Assembly: GCA_963727895.1 (NCBI GenBank)
Contig: CAVSHT010000009.1
Span: 64,001-128,000, forward strand
DNA: 64,000 nucleotides
From: an uncultured Methanosarcinaceae archaeon
Lineage (GTDB): Archaea; Halobacteriota; Methanosarcinia; Methanosarcinales; Methanosarcinaceae
Direction: 5' to 3'
Below, in pieces: positions 44,417 through 55,340 of this stretch. Numbering within the stretch: position 1 is the first letter of the stretch; every line of letters begins with the position of its first letter. Both the position numbers and the translations under genes were made by a program. Under the pieces are notes generated by a model. It did no database searches. It was not told the origin of the DNA and saw nothing but the letters and a program-made list of their open reading frames with translations.

Positions 44417-45675
44417 TTACAATTTCCTCAGAAGACGCAAGCCAACGAAGGCGGAGCGGTCGTCGGTGCCGACCCAGCGGTAAGCTGACCGGCAGTACCC
44501 GGCAGAGATGATCCAGCCGCCACCACGTATCACACGGGCGGGGCTATCTCCATCTTCCCAAGCACTACCATCAGAAGGAGCTCCTTCATAATTATTATAC
44601 CATCTGTCCTGAACCCACTCCCAAACAGTTCCATGCATGTCATAAAGGCCCCATAGATTTGGCATCTTTTGTCCAACTGGATGAATTTCACTTCCAGAGT
44701 TATCACTATACCATGCATAATCCCCAAGCTTCGATTCATCATCCCAGAAGAAATACCTTGTTATTGTCCCGGCACGGCACGCGTATTCTCACTCAGCTTC
44801 GGAAGGTGAGCCCATTGAAAAATTTCCGGCTGGGATCAGTACGAAGTCCATTTCTGTAAAAGGACTGGTGAAGGTTTTTGGTATTTCTTGATCTTTGAAA
44901 ACTCTTGGAGTTTCTTGTTCCCTGAATTTCACTAAAACAGGTGAGTATTCGAGTTCTTCATTTTCCAGGTAACATTGGACTGTGTTAATATATGTTTTAA
45001 CACTTATTTTACCTTTTAGAAGATCTTCTAAAGAACTATTAATTTCTTTGTCAGTATCAGTTAATTCTCCTGGTTTCTCATAACCATCAACAAGAACAAT
45101 CATGGATATATTGTAGACATCAATTGGAAGCTCTTTTCTGATTATTCTAGCCAATTTGCGTTTCTTCCTCTTGAAATCCTGCTCTTTGACCTTTAAGGGA
45201 TTCTTTCCAATGAGAACCTTTCCTTCATTATCGACGAAAATAAAAGGAACTTGTGAATATCCAATAGTTTTTTCATAAACATAATTATAAAGATCATCAA
45301 GATTTATGTCGCCGTTATTATCACCAGCAACAGCTCCGCTTTTTAGTCCTTCGACAAAATAATATGTAAAAACACCATTCTCCAGTTTTTCATCTTCTTT
45401 TGCTACATCGAACTCACTAGATGCAGAGAGTATAACAGTACCTGATCCAGAAGACTTAGAAATAATTTCTTTTAAATTATTGCCTTTTATGCTTGCAGCT
45501 CCACTGTAACAGCAATCGAGAACTACAACAGTCTTGCAGCTTGAAGCATCTATACACTTCCTGACCAATGAATAATTCAGAGACGTGGGAATTAAACTAT
45601 CCATCTTCGTATTTTTAAATAATAGACACAGATCATGTTGAGAGTCAGGTTCGCCGTGGCCTGAAAAGTAAATCA
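44417..45675 (-). pseudogene. Caspase-like (peptidase C14) + FGE-sulfatase/CLec protein, disrupted
   Basis: LIYFSGHG and LDCCYSG catalytic dyad, GVFTY; FGE motifs; 5' end cut by IS1; in-frame TGA at 44789; internal deletion. Confidence 0.85.
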
Positions 45676-46415
45676 GGTATTGTTAACTAAACATATTTAA
45701 CTCTTTATTTATGTATTTCATCAATAGAATAACCGAGTACTTTAGCATTTCAAGACTTTTTGTATAACACTTTGTCTTTCTTCTCAACCTTGCTAGAAAA
45801 TGCCTCAATATGCTGTTATATCCTTCAACTGTAAATGTTTCTGCTTTTGATTGAGTATGAATCGTTTCAGGAAGAAACTCTGCATATGCTCTCCAGTGAT
45901 CTGTCATCACTTCTCCAATCTCTTTTTTCTTCAATTTTTCCCAGAGTAGTTTTCCAGTTTCCGTTCCTCTGCTACCAAAAGAGCAGTTGATGAACTTTTT
46001 CCCAACTCTATCAACAGCAATCCAGATCCAGCAATATTTTTTTTGTTACCGATGTAAGTGTGCATTTCATCCATTTCAACAATAGATATCTCATTTTCAC
46101 TTTTTAGGTCCTCTAACTCCTGACCAAATTTCTTTATCCATCTTTAGACAGAAAACATGACTCACCCCTAAAAACCGTCCTATTGAGCGAAAGCCCAATC
46201 CTTCAAGGTAAAGTTGTAAAGCCTGTCTTTTAACAGAGGCGGAAAAATCAGTTGATTTTAGCTCGACTGTATAGTTATAGCCACAATCAGAGCATTTGTA
46301 CCGTTGACGCCCGCCAACTATACCGTTTTTTTGTGACTAGAACTATTACATTTTGGGCAATTCATGAAGAAATATATGTTATAAGCATATATATCTATTT
46401 TTTATTACCAATGCC
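45676..46415 (-). mobile_element. IS1-family element (copy 4, full length about 740 bp)
   Basis: Ends GGTATTG / CCAATGCC; InsA zinc finger, A8 slippery run, InsB. Confidence 0.92.
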
Positions 46416-46832
46416 AAAAGTAAATTTATTTGGTAGATATATGATTTACTTTTTCATATTTACCGAGAAATAGCACTTTTAACAATACTATCTTCTTCAG
46501 ATTCAATTTCATAAAGACATGTAAATTTAGTGAAACGTTAATTTTGAAGTACCAGTTTGTGAATATGAATAGATTATTTAATAGTTTTCTATAAAATAAT
46601 ATATATATTTGTTGAAAGTTTCAAATTAAAAAGATAGGATAAGAATAGAATAGAGATTTAATACTTATTCACTTACAATTATTAATAAATAAGGAAACGT
46701 AGACTTATAGTTGGATAAAAAGATAATAGTTAAAACTTAAAATTGAAAATTAATAGTTAAAATCTGGAATTCCAGAAATTAACCGTGAATAGAGTACAGA
46801 TAGCTAAATACTCTTTTTAATTCCAAATGATT

Positions 46833-48321
46833 TTAATTCAGCAACCTTAGGGCTTCGGCTATAGACCATCTGACTTCGGGATCGGGATCGTTTAAGTTTT
46901 TGAGAAAAGAGGATGTTGCTTTTGGGTCACCTATTTTTGCAAGAGCATCAGCAGCATATCGTCTTACCCAAAGTCAGCAGCATATCGTCTTACCCAAGGG
47001 TTGCTGTCGTTAAGAGCTTCAATAAGCGCATCAACTGCTTTTCGGCTGCCAATATTTCCAAGGGCATAGACTGTGGTGATTCGGAGTTCAGAATCGTTTT
47101 CGGTTAGTATTTTTAGAAGATTGTCTACCGCTTTATCAGCTTTGAGGGCTCCTAAAGAATACGCTGCGGCGTTTCTTACTTCAGGATTTTCATCACTCAG
47201 GCACTTGAGAAGTGAATCTACTAATTCTGGATCTCCCAATTTTCCAAGAGATTCGATAGCACACTGTCTAAGTTCAGGGTTTTATCTTTTAATTTATGTA
47301 CAAGGACTTCAGTTGCTTTTTTACTGCCAAAGCTTCCTATAGCCAATAAAATTTGTCTCTGCAATTCCGGAGAACTTTTATCCAATCTTGTGATTAGTGC
47401 TTCTTCAGCTTTTTCATCACCGAGAATTCCTAGAGAACGGATTGCAGCTATCCTGACTTCAGGAACTTTGTCGTCCAGGCTTTTAATTAAAGGTTCAATC
47501 GCCCGTTGATCTTTAAGGTTTCCTAGAGATTCTATTGCACATGCTCGGAATGTAGGATCTTTATCTACAGTTAACCGTTTAATTAACGGCACTACTGCAT
47601 TTTCGGTTCCAATATAACCTAGAGATCTGACTGCAGCTATTCTTACTCCAGAGTCATTGTCATCTAAAAGCTCAAATAGTGCTCCTTCTGCTTTTTTGCT
47701 TCTAACCTGTCCTAGAACCTTGGCTGCAATTTTCCTGACTTCTGGATGTTCGTCGTCCAGTGCTCTTATACAAAATTTTATATCCTTTTCATTCTGTTTT
47801 AATGAATTAACAGGATTTCCTTCCTGTTCTTTAAGAATATTTGAAATATAATAGAATTTTTCAGACGAAGTTTTCAAACCCGAAACGTTACTTAAAAGGT
47901 TCATGGAAGAGTAAACAATAGCCACAAGGGACAGAACCATTGAAATGAGAGAGGAGATCAACAAAAGTTGCATCTTGGTTTTGGAAAAAGAGCCAAGGCT
48001 AAAAACAATCAGTATCAATCCGTTAAAATAGATTGTACCTGCTGCAGTATAGGACACTATTTTAAGAGGCGGTTTTATCCTATTGGCAATCGAATTGGTA
48101 TCATCTTTTTTGCTTTGCAGGGAAATTGTAAAGATAGCAATGAATACGGCATATAATGCAGCTACAGATTGCATTACCGTTGATGGAAGCCAGAAAGTAT
48201 TCCCAGAGCTTGCAGAAGTACCTGCATTTTCATTTCCTGATAGTGTAAAATAGCTCAAAATAACCAGAGCAAATAAAAAGAAAACTTCAAGCTTGTAAGT
48301 TTTCAGATCAGTCAGTTTCAT
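46833..48321 (-). pseudogene. Membrane-anchored HEAT/PBS-lyase repeat protein, frameshifted
   Basis: N-terminal TM helices; repeated L.D..PEVR.AA..LG; frameshift near 47280 and a 26-bp duplication at 46948-46997. Confidence 0.82.
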
Positions 48322-48465
48322 TCTACAGGCTGCTTGTACTCAAAGAATTATATAATAATTCCGCTGAGTCAAGTTCCGATTCACTTTCTAAATAGAACCA
48401 TGATAAAAGCAATTAATCTTTATTAAAATGGAAGTCTATAAGTTAAAAAGTAAATGATTTAGGGT

Positions 48466-48530
48466 TCATTGCTTGTTTTATTTCATTGCTCACGTTAGTT
48501 CATTGCCTGTTTTAATTCATTGCCTGAATT
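48466..48530. repeat. Four imperfect 17-18 bp tandem units beginning TTCATTGC
   Basis: TTCATTGC recurs four times at regular spacing. Confidence 0.7.
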
Positions 48531-48544
48531 TGTATAATTATCAT

Positions 48545-49333
48545 TTATACAGTTTTTATTACGATTTGATCCCCACTTTTTAGTCCGAACTGAAGTGCAG
48601 CATTTCCTTTATTTACTGCAATTTCCAGAAAACCGTGACTGCCTATAAGAGCAAGAGGTTCTTCTCGTCCTACAAAACCATAAGTCTGAACAAAGGAAAT
48701 TCTTCTCCCATTTACTTCTATCTGCGAACCAAAAGTAGAGAACTTAAAAACTACTTCTTGCGGGATATTGGTAACTATATTTCCAAAGCTGTCTGCAAAA
48801 ATAATCTCGCCTATAAGGAAAGGTCCATCAATTCCGAAATTTTCAAAATCAAGATTCACGAAATCCGAAATTCGTGGTCCTACATCTTCTATAGGTATAC
48901 CTTTTGAGATGTGAGCTCCCACAGGCGCAAAAATGTCCCTTCCGTGGAAAGTTGAAGAAATTCCTGATTTAAGCATAAGTTCAGGATTTGTGATTTCGTA
49001 TACTTCAATTTCACCAAGTCGGCGCGCTGCAGGGATCAGAAGCCCATTGTCAGGGCCAACAAAAAATTGCTCTCTTCCTTCGTTACTTGCTTTTATAGCA
49101 AGAGCACGGCGTGAAGTCCCAACTCCGGGATCTACGACGCCAATATGTATGGTGCCCTCTGGAAAATACTGAACAAGTGAATAGAGGGCAAAAGCTCCTT
49201 CCCGGATTCCAGCCTGCCGGATGGAATGAGTGATATCAATAATCTGTACCTCTGGATTAATTCCAAGAATAACGGCTTTCATGGATGCAAGATAAAGGTC
49301 TCCAAAATCTGTAGTCAAGGAAATCACAGGCAT
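48545..49333 (-). CDS. SAM hydroxide adenosyltransferase (DUF62; chlorinase/fluorinase family)
   Basis: LTTDFG, VVDPGVGT.R, GPDNG, STFHGRDIF, D.FGN. Confidence 0.92.
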   Translation of the reverse strand: MPVISLTTDFGDLYLASMKAVILGINPEVQIIDITHSIRQAGIREGAFALYSLVQYFPEGTIHIGVVDPGVGTSRRALAIKASNEGREQFFVGPDNGLLIPAARRLGEIEVYEITNPELMLKSGISSTFHGRDIFAPVGAHISKGIPIEDVGPRISDFVNLDFENFGIDGPFLIGEIIFADSFGNIVTNIPQEVVFKFSTFGSQIEVNGRRISFVQTYGFVGREEPLALIGSHGFLEIAVNKGNAALQFGLKSGDQIVIKTV

Positions 49334-49407
49334 AAATATCACTTGTTTTTTCCTTTTTTATATATTATGCGATTATGACTTGTTCGATCATGAATTAATC
49401 GATACTG

Positions 49408-49878
49408 TTAGTTTACTTTTTCAAGCCTTAGTAAAAATTCCTTTACATCCAAGCCAGACGCATAACCTGTAAGTTTTCCGTTTGAGCCTATTACCCTGTG
49501 ACAGGGAATAATTATCGCAATTGGATTCCGGTTATTTGCAAGCCCCACAGCCCTATAAGCCTTTGGCTTTCCAATAGATACAGCTATCTCTTTATAAGTT
49601 CGAGTTTCCCCATAGGGAATTTCGCATAAAGCTTTCCAGACAGATTTTTGAAAATCCGTTCCTTCAGGAGCCAGCTTAAGGTTAAAAGATTGGAGTTTCC
49701 CGGAAAAATAAGCTTCAAGCTGCCTCGCAGCCTCCCTGAAAAATTCGTAGTTTTCTATCCAGTCAACAGGAATTTCTACTCTTTTCTTGCCTTTCAGAAA
49801 ATTAAGGTGTTTCAGACCTTTTTCATCCCCTACAAGAAGAATGAGACCGATTGGAGATTCGATTATACTGTAATACAT
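49408..49878 (-). CDS. ogt: Methylated-DNA-protein-cysteine methyltransferase
   Basis: IPYGET.TY, RAVG.A, IPCHRV. Confidence 0.95.
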   Translation of the reverse strand: MYYSIIESPIGLILLVGDEKGLKHLNFLKGKKRVEIPVDWIENYEFFREAARQLEAYFSGKLQSFNLKLAPEGTDFQKSVWKALCEIPYGETRTYKEIAVSIGKPKAYRAVGLANNRNPIAIIIPCHRVIGSNGKLTGYASGLDVKEFLLRLEKVN

Positions 49879-50160
49879 ATTTTTCGTCTCCAGAAACCCA
49901 GAAATGTTGTTGCAGATAATTAATTATCGTTTCCAGTAGAAATCTTTATTCAACGGTAAATAAGAGATATAAAACAGAATAGAGTTCACTAAATAGAGTA
50001 AAGATCGCTGAACATATTAGGTTTTAACAGATAAAAATAACTAGGGAGAAAATTCCCGCTGCAAAAAAAAATTGAAGGCTAAGGACACTTAAGTGCCCGC
50101 CAACATATTTAAAAATCTTACCTGAAGTATTTTGAATGTTTTACCTGAAAAATTTTAATT

Positions 50161-52224
50161 TCATTTGTTTTTACATCCAATTACCCAGAAAAATCCAGAT
50201 GTACTCAAATTTTTCGCGGCGGAATCAGACTCATTTGTACTTTTTTCTGCTTCCAGTTTATTGAGTTCCTGAATTCTCAACTCAACAATATCCATTGCAT
50301 CTTCAAAAAGCTGCTTGTTTATTTCGATTCCGAAATATTTTTTGAGTTTTTCTTCAGGCGGCATTGTCGAACCTGCCGAGAGGTATGCAACATAGTTTTT
50401 GTTGAAAGTTTCGGGGTCTTCCTTGTACTGTTTAAAGAGAGCAAGGGTTATTGCCTTTGAAACTGCATAGTTGAAGGTATAGTAATTGTTTGTTAAGTAA
50501 ATATGGTTAATATAATCCCATTCCGCAGAATCCTCATTATAATATTCGACCGAGTTGCTCCTATATTCTTTATAGAGATTCGTCCAGATTGCATTAAGGT
50601 CGGATCCATTGACAGTCCCATTTTCAGCACATAGCTTGTGCGCTTTGTATTCAAATTCCGTAATCATAGGCTGGAAAGTAAAGTAGTTCTGGTATTCCCC
50701 TATATGTTGGGAGAGAACATTAACTGCGGTATCTTTATCGGAGTTTTGAACTACATAATCAACAAAAAGTTCTTCGTTGAAAGTGGAAGGAACCTCCATT
50801 TCATAAGTCGTACCTGAACAGTAGACATAATCAACGGAGTTACCCATAAGGTAGAAATTAATCCCATGTCCCAGTTCATGAGTAATAGCTTTCTGGTCGC
50901 TGATTAGACCATTGTAGTTGAGAAAAACAAGGGAGGGAGACTTCAAAGAACATAAACCGTAAGTGTAACCTCCTGGCTGTTTTCCGTGTTCAGGATCAGA
51001 GTATACATCTATGAAATTTCCAGTTACCATTTTTAAAAAGATTTCATTAAAACGAGGATCCATCTTGGAATAGGATTTCTGGATTTCTTGCAAAGCTTCC
51101 AGATATGTATAATTCTTGCCAGGCTGATCTGTCAACTGCAGCGCAAGATCGTATGGCCTGAGCGTTTTAATTCCAAGTTTATTTCTTCTATATTTGTTAT
51201 ATTCCTCAAAAACACCTTTTCTCTCTTTGAAAACCGTATTCATACCTTCAACCTGAGTGCGGTTAAGATAGAGATTATACAATGTGTAATTATAATAATC
51301 CGTGTAATTCAGCTCTCTGGCAACAAGATCATCAAGTTTGGCTTTTTTGGAATAGAGAGCTGCCATTGAATCGGATTCGTTTATCAAGTGGTAAAACCTC
51401 TGGTCATAACATTTCTTTCTGTCTTCCCGGTTTGTATCTGTTGATAGTAAAGTATTGTATGACTGGGAATTAACCGAATATTCATCTCCATTTTCAAGCG
51501 TTATATTTCCTGCCATTGTGACATTATTCGTGATTTCTGAAAGTGCCTCTGTTTCCAGCTTCATGCGCTGATTTTCGAGCTCTTCAAGGTATACAGCCTG
51601 AGATTCATTCATTGCTCTATGTTCTGAAAACCTCATATAGTTAGCTTCAAAATAAGGTCTGTACTCCTCAAGTTTAGGCTCTTCGGAAAAAAGCCTGCCC
51701 CATTCATCCTTATTGAGCGAGGTCAATTTTACAGTTGCAAATGAGGTGGTTTTTCCATATTCGGTAACCAGATTCTGAGATTCCATAAGAAGAGAAGCAA
51801 AGGACGGATCACTAACATTTTTGCTGTTCTGAGTATATGCATAAACATATAAAACCTCAAGAGCCTTTGAAAATTCCTTATCAGCATCCAGATAATTCAG
51901 TAAAACAGGTCCTGACAGATTCTCAAATTTCGGACGGAAAGTTTCGTTTATTTCTTCGGATCTATTGTTTAAGATCTCAAGTTCTTTTAGAGCATCTTCC
52001 TTGCTATTGAAGAGATATGAGTTATTCCATTCAGTTGTAACCTCATTGAGATTTAGTTTTTCAAACGGTTGTTCCATGTATAATATTTCAGAAGAATTCG
52101 TAACTTCCGTAGAAGCACTGCCTTCTGAAAACGTTGCAAAGGAAAGTAGTAACCCTAAAGTAATGAGCCCTTTAACTATTCCGAGAACTAGCCCTTTACC
52201 TGATTTTTGTCTCATAAAAGCCAC
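50161..52224 (-). CDS. Secreted M3-family oligoendopeptidase (PepF-like)
   Basis: Signal-peptide-like N-terminus; HELGH, E..S..NE, YYTFNYA. Confidence 0.88.
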   Translation of the reverse strand: MAFMRQKSGKGLVLGIVKGLITLGLLLSFATFSEGSASTEVTNSSEILYMEQPFEKLNLNEVTTEWNNSYLFNSKEDALKELEILNNRSEEINETFRPKFENLSGPVLLNYLDADKEFSKALEVLYVYAYTQNSKNVSDPSFASLLMESQNLVTEYGKTTSFATVKLTSLNKDEWGRLFSEEPKLEEYRPYFEANYMRFSEHRAMNESQAVYLEELENQRMKLETEALSEITNNVTMAGNITLENGDEYSVNSQSYNTLLSTDTNREDRKKCYDQRFYHLINESDSMAALYSKKAKLDDLVARELNYTDYYNYTLYNLYLNRTQVEGMNTVFKERKGVFEEYNKYRRNKLGIKTLRPYDLALQLTDQPGKNYTYLEALQEIQKSYSKMDPRFNEIFLKMVTGNFIDVYSDPEHGKQPGGYTYGLCSLKSPSLVFLNYNGLISDQKAITHELGHGINFYLMGNSVDYVYCSGTTYEMEVPSTFNEELFVDYVVQNSDKDTAVNVLSQHIGEYQNYFTFQPMITEFEYKAHKLCAENGTVNGSDLNAIWTNLYKEYRSNSVEYYNEDSAEWDYINHIYLTNNYYTFNYAVSKAITLALFKQYKEDPETFNKNYVAYLSAGSTMPPEEKLKKYFGIEINKQLFEDAMDIVELRIQELNKLEAEKSTNESDSAAKNLSTSGFFWVIGCKNK

Positions 52225-52518
52225 CTTAACAAGTATAGGAATCGATCAATAGTATGAAGAAAATATTTCAAGATAACAATATAACAATAAGTATAACTTC
52301 TGATATTTTTAAGATATTAACATAAAAAGCTATCGATTTTAAACTGTTATAATGACAAAAATACGGATTGTATATGAAAATTAAAAATCAATTAATTAAC
52401 TGGTGTATTGGAGTTTACTGAAAAAAAGTAAAAAAATTGAGTAAGAATAAAAGTAAAAGTAGTTTAAAAAATGAGATTAGTAAAGCCCTAAGACCTTACT
52501 CTAATTTACTTTACCTGC

Positions 52519-53805
52519 TTATTTTGCAAGGTTGTAGTTCTGGTTTACGATTTTCAGGGCGCAGAAGTTACCGCACATTGTGCAGGCATCAGAGTCTTCA
52601 GGAGACCTGCTGTTCCTGACTTCTCTTGCGTGTTCAGGATCGATTGCAAGGGAGTACATCTTTTCCCAGTCGAGTTCTCTTCTGGCTCTGCCCATTGCAA
52701 GGTCCTGTTCTCTTGCCCTGTCTGGATATTTTATCATGTCACCTACGTGAGCTGCAATTCTGGAGGTTTTGACTCCTGTGATGACGTCTTCAAGGTTTGG
52801 AAGGGCAAGGTGTTCTGCAGGAGTAACGTAGCAGAGGAAGTCACAACCATAGGAGGCAGAAACAGATGCTCCGATTGCAGTTACGATGTGGTCATAACCG
52901 GGTGCAATGTCAGTTACAAGCGGACCGAGCATATAGAAGGGCTTATGACCGCTCATTTCCTTCATAAGTTTTACGTTGGTTGCGATCTGGTCTAGAGGGA
53001 CATGACCCGGACCTTCGACAATGACCTGCAGACCCTGTTTGTGGGCTTTATCGGCCAGCTCGGCATTGATAATGAGTTCCTGAATCTGGGCACGGTCAGT
53101 TGCATCGTGAACTGCACCTGCACGCATTCCATTTCCGGTAGAGAGAACTACTTCGTGCTCCTTGAGAATTTCAACGAGATAATCAAAGTTAGCATAAAGA
53201 GGATTTTCCTTTTCGTTGTGGAGCATCCAGGAAGTCATGAAAGCGCCACCACGAGAACAGAGACCGCCGTACCTTCCGTGGGCTTTGAGCCGATCCATAG
53301 TGATATTGTTGATCCCTGTATGGATTGCCATGAAATTGGTTCCGAGTTTTGCCTGATCTTCGGTCACCTTGAAGAGTTCTTCTTCAGTCATATGCACGAT
53401 TGAACCGTATTTCCTTGCAGCTTCAATGAAAGCCTGGTAAAGAGGCACTGAACCAACTGAAAGGGAAATGCTGTCAATAACCATTTTCCTGATTGCAAGG
53501 AAGTCTCCGCCAGTCCCAAGTTCCATAAGGGTGTCTGCACCTGCGGCTTCCGCAGCCTTTGCTTTCTCGACTTCCATATTTGGATCAACAATGTCTGAGG
53601 ATACACCGATGGATGCATTAACTTTGGTCCTGAGACCTTCTCCTATACCGCAGATCTTTACCTGTCTGTATGGGGAAGTTGGAATAACAATTCTTCCGGC
53701 TGCAACTCCACGACGGATGAATTCAGGGTCAAGTCCTTCATCCTTTGCAACGATCTTCATTTCTTCAGTGATAATTCCTTTTTGTGCATCTTCCACAATT
53801 GTCAT
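52519..53805 (-). CDS. thiC: Phosphomethylpyrimidine synthase ThiC family
   Basis: TKVNASIG.S, SRGG, EGPGH, YVTPAEHL, CTMCG.FCA. Confidence 0.92.
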   Translation of the reverse strand: MTIVEDAQKGIITEEMKIVAKDEGLDPEFIRRGVAAGRIVIPTSPYRQVKICGIGEGLRTKVNASIGVSSDIVDPNMEVEKAKAAEAAGADTLMELGTGGDFLAIRKMVIDSISLSVGSVPLYQAFIEAARKYGSIVHMTEEELFKVTEDQAKLGTNFMAIHTGINNITMDRLKAHGRYGGLCSRGGAFMTSWMLHNEKENPLYANFDYLVEILKEHEVVLSTGNGMRAGAVHDATDRAQIQELIINAELADKAHKQGLQVIVEGPGHVPLDQIATNVKLMKEMSGHKPFYMLGPLVTDIAPGYDHIVTAIGASVSASYGCDFLCYVTPAEHLALPNLEDVITGVKTSRIAAHVGDMIKYPDRAREQDLAMGRARRELDWEKMYSLAIDPEHAREVRNSRSPEDSDACTMCGNFCALKIVNQNYNLAK

Positions 53806-54191
53806 GTTATTAACCTCAAGCTTTCTGTGATCTGTAAAATCTGTCTATAAAATTAAGTTGTAATTAAGGTAAAAGTGAGTTAGACCATAAAAGGAGCGTA
53901 ATTATATATAATACTTTTTAAAAAATTAACTTTAACCTAAATCAATTTTACTTTACTTTAATGTCTATAGTTATTGAAAAATATAAGATATATGATTAAA
54001 ATAAATATTTTATAGATATAGAACCAAATTTCATTGAGTCAAAAACAAGTAAAACTGTTTTATGGGTCTTTGGAGAATGATTAAATAAAGTATCAAAATA
54101 AATTTTGGAGAAGGATGAATAAGAACCTATCCGAAAAATAAGTGTTAGCATGTTATGTGTCTTTGGGAGCTGAACAACTGATAGTCTCTAA

Positions 54192-54430
54192 GAGGCTGTC
54201 TTAAAATTCAAATCATTTCTACATTTGGATAGTGGGCATTGTTGATTTCAAATTCAGATCGTAAATTTATTGCATCGAGATTATTCGCGAGAGGTATGAA
54301 ATCAAATACATTAAACATCATGGTTAAAAATTACACTTTAGGCATTTAATGACTTAACGTACCGTTTTGAAGTTCAAATGCTTAAGTCCTGTTCCAATTG
54401 TATAATCAAATTTAATTTTAAGACACGCTC
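54192..54430. mobile_element. MITE (non-autonomous, IS5-like ends)
   Basis: Terminal inverted repeats GAGGCTGTCTTAAAATT / AATTTTAAGACACGCTC (15 of 17 match); TAA direct repeat on both sides; no ORF. Confidence 0.75.
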
Positions 54431-54478
54431 TAAGCAAACTGAAAAATACTCAAGGTTCCCATGACCACACATAGCCCT

Positions 54479-55330
54479 TTATTTCAAATCTTGCGGCTGC
54501 TTATGCTTAGGAACAACTGGCAATTCTGTAGTAGTTATCAAAATTGGGCTTTCAATATCTATTTCCCTCTCAATCACTAATTCTTTTCCTTTCTTAGTGA
54601 GAGCAAATAGTGGAATTGCAGCAGCTACTTGAACTATGGGTTTTGCAAGTTCCCTTATATACTTAGAAGCACAACTGGTCACTAGGTCTGAATTTTCCAG
54701 AAGACCTTGAGCTTCTTCCTTGCTGACACCTGTAACATGTACCGCAATTATTATAAGATCAAGCCCAAGTTCAGCCTCGAGTTCTCTCAGATTTTTTGCA
54801 GTTTTTGAATCAGCAGTGGTTACTGCAACCTTTTTGTAATCAAGTTCTGCAGCTTTCTTTGCTCCTCCTACAGGGTCTATTGATGCAGTTTTAGTATCAA
54901 GCACAATCCCACCGAGTTTTTGAATTCCATTTATAACATCCTCAATGGATTCAGTTTCGACCAAACCTGACATCCTGCCTCCCATACCCTGGACGAGCTC
55001 TGGATTATCGGATATAACAGTTCCTGCTCCGTCACAGGCGGTTACAGTTGCATCAAGAAAACCACTGCGTAAACCAGACATCATTATTTCTGAAGCTCCA
55101 AAAGCTACAAAAGTATCATGCCCAAGGAGATGACGCCTGGCTGTGAACATTCCATAGTCTTTTATCTTGGATTCTACATTCTTTTTGACTTATTCAGAGG
55201 TAATTTTCTGGACACCGCTTAGCTTGTCAATGAGAGGACACCATTCAAGTTCAGACTCTCCAATTTCGATTACTTCACCATCCTTTACTACTACCCTTGT
55301 TTTTCCCATTATTTCCATTATGTGAGGCAT
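54479..55330 (-). pseudogene. Methanogenesis marker 8-like protein with in-frame TAA at 55190-55192
   Basis: H.ME.MGK.RVV...CP, then GMFT..R, FGASE, CDGAGTV, VQG.GGRMSGL in the same frame across the TAA. Confidence 0.8.
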
Positions 55331-55340
55331 GATTGTACCT

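Noticed and set aside
47221..47223. TAG ending the 366-aa HEAT ORF as a pyrrolysine site
   Set aside because: It is reached only after an upstream frameshift; the HEAT repeats continue in another frame
48466..48530. Regular repeats as a possible mini-CRISPR
   Set aside because: Units are only 17-18 bp with no spacer-length unique sequence and no cas genes
55190..55192. In-frame stops in marker 8 (TAA), the orphan at 11200 (TAA) and the caspase gene at 44789 (TGA) as recoding
   Set aside because: Not amber; each is one substitution from GAA or TGG, and there is no evidence for selenocysteine
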